A stretch of DNA of 64,000 nt from Pseudomonadota bacterium. Lineage in GTDB: Bacteria; Bdellovibrionota; Bdellovibrionia; Bdellovibrionales; Bdellovibrionaceae. The position numbers and the translations under genes are program-made. Below, piece after piece: positions 60,685-64,000 of the stretch; position 1 is the stretch's first letter, and each line of letters starts with the position of its first letter. The notes under the pieces are model-generated. The model was not told where the DNA came from and did no database searches. It saw only the letters and a list, made by a program, of their open reading frames with translations. Location of the stretch: assembly GCA_041178425.1 (NCBI GenBank), contig JBEGVH010000006.1, positions 160,001 to 224,000 of the forward strand, written 5' to 3'.

Positions 60685-61428
60685 ATGGCCAAAACAATTT
60701 TAATTCCAATTCCATCTAATGATTTTGATCCCACAGAATGTGCTGTTCCTTGGAAAATTCTTGTAGAGAATGGAGTTCAAGTTAAATTTGCAACTCCAAA
60801 TGGTGAAGTTGCTCAATGTGATCAAAGAATGCTTCACGGGTATGATCTTGGACCACTTTCTCCTGTACTCTCTGCTGACAAGAACGGCAAAATGGCATAT
60901 TTTGAACTTGAAAAAAATCATGAATTTCAACATCCCCTTGCTTGGGAGAATATAGTACCAGAGCAATTCGATGGAATTATTCTTCCAGGAGGACACGCTC
61001 AGGGAATGAAAGAATATCTTGAATCTGAACAACTAAAAAAATGCGTGAGTGTTTTTTTTCAATCCAATAAACCTGTGGGAGCCATTTGCCACGGAGTTGT
61101 CTTGGCCGCACGGAGTTCTATAAACGGAGTGAGTATTTTAAAGGGACGCAAAACAACGGCTCTTCTTTCGAGTCAAGAAATGCTGGCGTGGGGCTTAACC
61201 TGTTTGTGGTTGGGAAGTTATTATCGAACTTATTCTCAAACGGTAGAAGCTGAAGTGAAGTCTTGTTTAAATTCTCCAGATGATTTTTTGAAAGGACCGG
61301 TGCCCATCAAGAGAGATAACATGAATGATTTAGAAAGTGGTTTTACAGTTCGCGATGGAAATTATCTATCTGCTCGCTGGCCGGGTGATGCTCATCGATT
61401 CGGAATTGAGTTTTTAAAAATGCTTTAA
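60685..61428 (+). CDS. DJ-1/PfpI (type 1 glutamine amidotransferase-like) protein
   Basis: DFDPTE.AVPW, LPGGH, GAICHG, SARWPGD. Confidence 0.92.
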   Translation: MAKTILIPIPSNDFDPTECAVPWKILVENGVQVKFATPNGEVAQCDQRMLHGYDLGPLSPVLSADKNGKMAYFELEKNHEFQHPLAWENIVPEQFDGIILPGGHAQGMKEYLESEQLKKCVSVFFQSNKPVGAICHGVVLAARSSINGVSILKGRKTTALLSSQEMLAWGLTCLWLGSYYRTYSQTVEAEVKSCLNSPDDFLKGPVPIKRDNMNDLESGFTVRDGNYLSARWPGDAHRFGIEFLKML

Positions 61429-61439
61429 AAATAATCTTT

Positions 61440-61484
61440 AAATAATTTCAAAATTATTGCTGGTAATTTAAAGATTAGGATAAA
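61440..61484 (-). repeat. Partial degenerate third copy of the structured element
   Basis: TCAAAATTATTGCTGGTAATTTAAAGATTAGGATAA vs copy A TTAAAATCATTGCTAGTAATTTTAAAATCAGGATAA. Confidence 0.6.
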
Positions 61485-61512
61485 TCCATGGAATTATCTT
61501 AAGAAAATTCAT

Positions 61513-61992
61513 TTAAAAACTCACACTGCAAGTTTCTCGAATTAAAAATCGTTTGTAAATATCACATGAGTATATGCTGATCACAGTAAGTTCATTTTTA
61601 TTAATTTCAACTAATTCTTTAAATGAACTTAAAATATGCCCTCCACATTGACGGTCGTCACTCCCTGTTCCATCAGTCTTGTAAGTAATCATACCATTTT
61701 CAACATAGCGATCTTCGTCTTGAAAAAATGAAACAACATAAGGGTTGGATTCTCTATATTGGGGAAATCTATTATCGTTATTTCCATCTACTTCGATAAT
61801 AAATGCACTACCCATATTATCGGCAACAATTCTGCAATGACCTTGCTTAACGATTTGGTTGTTCTGAGTTACTTTAAACTCACCAGGACGATTTAAAAGT
61901 CTAATTATTTCTGTTGGGAGATTGAAATTATTTGCAAGAGTATCTCTAGGTATCATATAGATCGACAGGAGCGATAAAAGTAATAGTTTCAT
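61513..61992 (-). CDS. Secreted hypothetical protein
   Basis: Signal peptide; 4 Cys; AAGGA RBS. Confidence 0.7.
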   Translation of the reverse strand: MKLLLLSLLSIYMIPRDTLANNFNLPTEIIRLLNRPGEFKVTQNNQIVKQGHCRIVADNMGSAFIIEVDGNNDNRFPQYRESNPYVVSFFQDEDRYVENGMITYKTDGTGSDDRQCGGHILSSFKELVEINKNELTVISIYSCDIYKRFLIRETCSVSF

Positions 61993-62139
61993 CTTAAATC
62001 CTTTTAAAAATATTTTTTAAAAGATAACATTAAATTTAAGTGGTTTATCTATTTAATTACTTATAGGGTAAAGATTACACTTTATTGCTTTGATACCCTT
62101 CATTTTATGAAATTTTTCTGAAATGAAATCTGCAAGCGA

Positions 62140-63201
62140 TTACTCACACTGCTCAGGATTTTTAAAAGCTGCGCGAATTTGTTTGCTGGTTTTTAGTGAT
62201 AATGAATCGACTGTCCAATCTTCGTAATCATGTTGATAAAGCTTTTCGTAAATGAAAGCTAAAGTTCCCACGCGAATTCTGTTTCCAATAATTCCTTGAG
62301 TGAGGTATCCCCAAAAATGATACTGAAGCCCCGGGATATCATCTCCGTCGACAAGCTTTTCCATTTTATAAGAAACGACTGATGAAGTTGTGCGATTGAC
62401 AGTTAGAGCGTCCCCGCTGAAAATCCAAGGGATGACTCCCAGGGCGACAATGGGATCACCATAAATCTCAAGTGCCTTGTGAAAAAGTTTTTCAGGTGTA
62501 ACTGAAAAATTTTCTTGTTGTAATAACCACAAAAATAGTGGAGAAGAAAAATGATTATACTTTTGCGACTCATAAATAAATTGATTGAACATTTTATGAT
62601 CAGGATTTCCAACTCCAAGTTTAAAAAGATTCTTCTCTTTTACTCCCTCTTTTTTCTGCATAATGGGAAGACCGTTGCTATCGAGAGAAGGAAAAGAATA
62701 GTTAGCAACAGCAGGCATATGCTCTTCGATTTGTTCAATTAGGTTAGCTTCATTTCTTAATTGAAATTTAGGCTCTTCGCCATTGAGATACGAAATGTGG
62801 CGCATTCTTGCGAGGTGGATAAAAGATGAAAGATAATTCTCTGTAGGATCTTTCAGCTCTCTTTTGGGATTGCCATAAAGAATAAAGGCATTTTGCAAAT
62901 AGTATTCAGAGCGATCCATTGGAAAGCCGGGTAGACCTGTGATTTTTTCAATAGGTTTCGGCAGCGACAATCCAGCGGGGATTGGATAGGCATCAACCCA
63001 AGGATCAATATCTTTTCTTAGAATATCTAAAATCTCGACTCTAATTTTGTGAAGTGATTTATCAGGATATGTTTTTTTAATTGATTGTGAAACCTGGCAA
63101 GCAAACTTATCCATGCGCTCTTTTGTGAAATAAATATCAAGCGCAAAAGAAGAATGACTTGCGAGGGCAGTTAATATTAAAATGATTGTTTTTTTCAACA
63201 T
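62140..63201 (-). CDS. Secreted hypothetical protein
   Basis: Signal peptide ending SFA; 353 aa; contains YHFWG. Confidence 0.75.
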   Translation of the reverse strand: MLKKTIILILTALASHSSFALDIYFTKERMDKFACQVSQSIKKTYPDKSLHKIRVEILDILRKDIDPWVDAYPIPAGLSLPKPIEKITGLPGFPMDRSEYYLQNAFILYGNPKRELKDPTENYLSSFIHLARMRHISYLNGEEPKFQLRNEANLIEQIEEHMPAVANYSFPSLDSNGLPIMQKKEGVKEKNLFKLGVGNPDHKMFNQFIYESQKYNHFSSPLFLWLLQQENFSVTPEKLFHKALEIYGDPIVALGVIPWIFSGDALTVNRTTSSVVSYKMEKLVDGDDIPGLQYHFWGYLTQGIIGNRIRVGTLAFIYEKLYQHDYEDWTVDSLSLKTSKQIRAAFKNPEQCE

Positions 63202-63291
63202 GGGAAAAGAATAGCAAGATTTACAATAGTCGAAGCACGGATTGAAAAAGCTTCATAGGTGAAAAAAATATGTCTAACGTTTTGACAGTTA

Positions 63292-63463
63292 AAATAAAAA
63301 GGGAGGATTTCTCCTCCCCCAAATCTTAAAGATACTTCCTTAACGACTCTAAAATTATTGTTAGTAATTTTAGAATCAGGATTAGTAGCTTTAATGATTT
63401 TAAAACCTTGAGAATCCTTGCCTCCAAAAGATCGCCTTCATTGGCGCGGAAGCTCTCGGCTTG
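63292..63463 (-). ncRNA. Candidate structured RNA element, copy B
   Basis: Homologous to 59996-60169; ends GGGAGGA-GAAA-TCCTCCC-TTTTT. Confidence 0.6.
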
Positions 63464-63961
63464 AAAAAATATCCCTCAATAGAATTCAGCATTGATCTAA
63501 ATCCAGCTAAAATTGATCTAAAATCAGAAGGGATTGATATTGCCATTAGACCTGGAATTCAAAAAGATTCTGGTCTATTTATTCGGAAATTAGATGAAAT
63601 TCAACCCGCGCTTTTTGCCTCATTAGAATATATAAAAAAAAATGGTCGGCCTAAAAATTATGAAGATTTGAAAAAACATAAATTAATTTCAACCAAGATA
63701 ATAAATCTCGATGGCGAATCTTATAAGCCTGCCATTCTTGCTAATAGTATGTCTTTTGTAAAACAAGTCACCCTTGAGAGTGCAGCCATAGGATGCTTGG
63801 CCGAAGAATTTATTATGAATGAAAAAAAATCAGGTAAACTTGTTCGCTTATTTCCAGAAAAAAATTTACCTAAATCTCCCATCTATTTGGTTTTTACCAA
63901 TAAAAAATTAGCCAAGCGGGTTTCTTTACTGGTTCAAGAAATAATTGAATTTAAGGAATAA
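63461..63961 (+). pseudogene. 5'-truncated LysR regulator (substrate-binding domain only)
   Basis: KYPSI...IDL..EGIDIAIR, ASLEYI...GRP....DL..H, G.LVRL; no HTH; begins exactly at the edge of element B. Confidence 0.75.
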
Positions 63962-64000
63962 GCAATTCAAATGGTTTTTGGCTTTCCCAAAGCCCCCCCG
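63954..64000 (+). repeat. 47 bp direct repeat, right copy (may extend past the window)
   Basis: Identical to 57023-57069. Confidence 0.95.

Noticed and set aside
59996..63463. Integron attC cassette array
   Set aside because: No clean RYYYAAC/GTTRRRY boxes; flanking genes alternate in orientation; the recombinase at 39 kb is too short for IntI

Overview
Bacterial chromosome segment, most likely from a Bdellovibrionota predator. The indicators are a MAT-type fibre protein, an RCC1-repeat/Ig-like lipoprotein, an FQNC lipobox, sigma28-like promoters and many secreted hypothetical proteins. A dif-like XerCD site at 20931-20958 suggests the window spans the replication terminus. The site is flanked by two large paralogous LamG/CxxCH proteins and abuts a 5'-truncated antitoxin. 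Recognisable genes include ABC exporters, pirin, selO, trhO, rnhA, MscS, an L,D-transpeptidase, a short FimB/FimE-like tyrosine recombinase, a bEBP plus PAS kinase, a LolD/FtsX-like ABC cluster, an MFS transporter and phnA. The last ~9 kb is an AT-rich variable zone with truncated genes and two families of non-coding repeats. The first is a ~173 nt element (two full copies, one partial) whose minus-strand fold is preserved by compensatory changes and ends in a terminator; this is a candidate undescribed structured RNA or mobile element. The second is a 47 bp direct repeat bracketing 6.9 kb. No rRNA, tRNA or CRISPR array was seen. All family calls come from motif recognition by eye; no searches were run.
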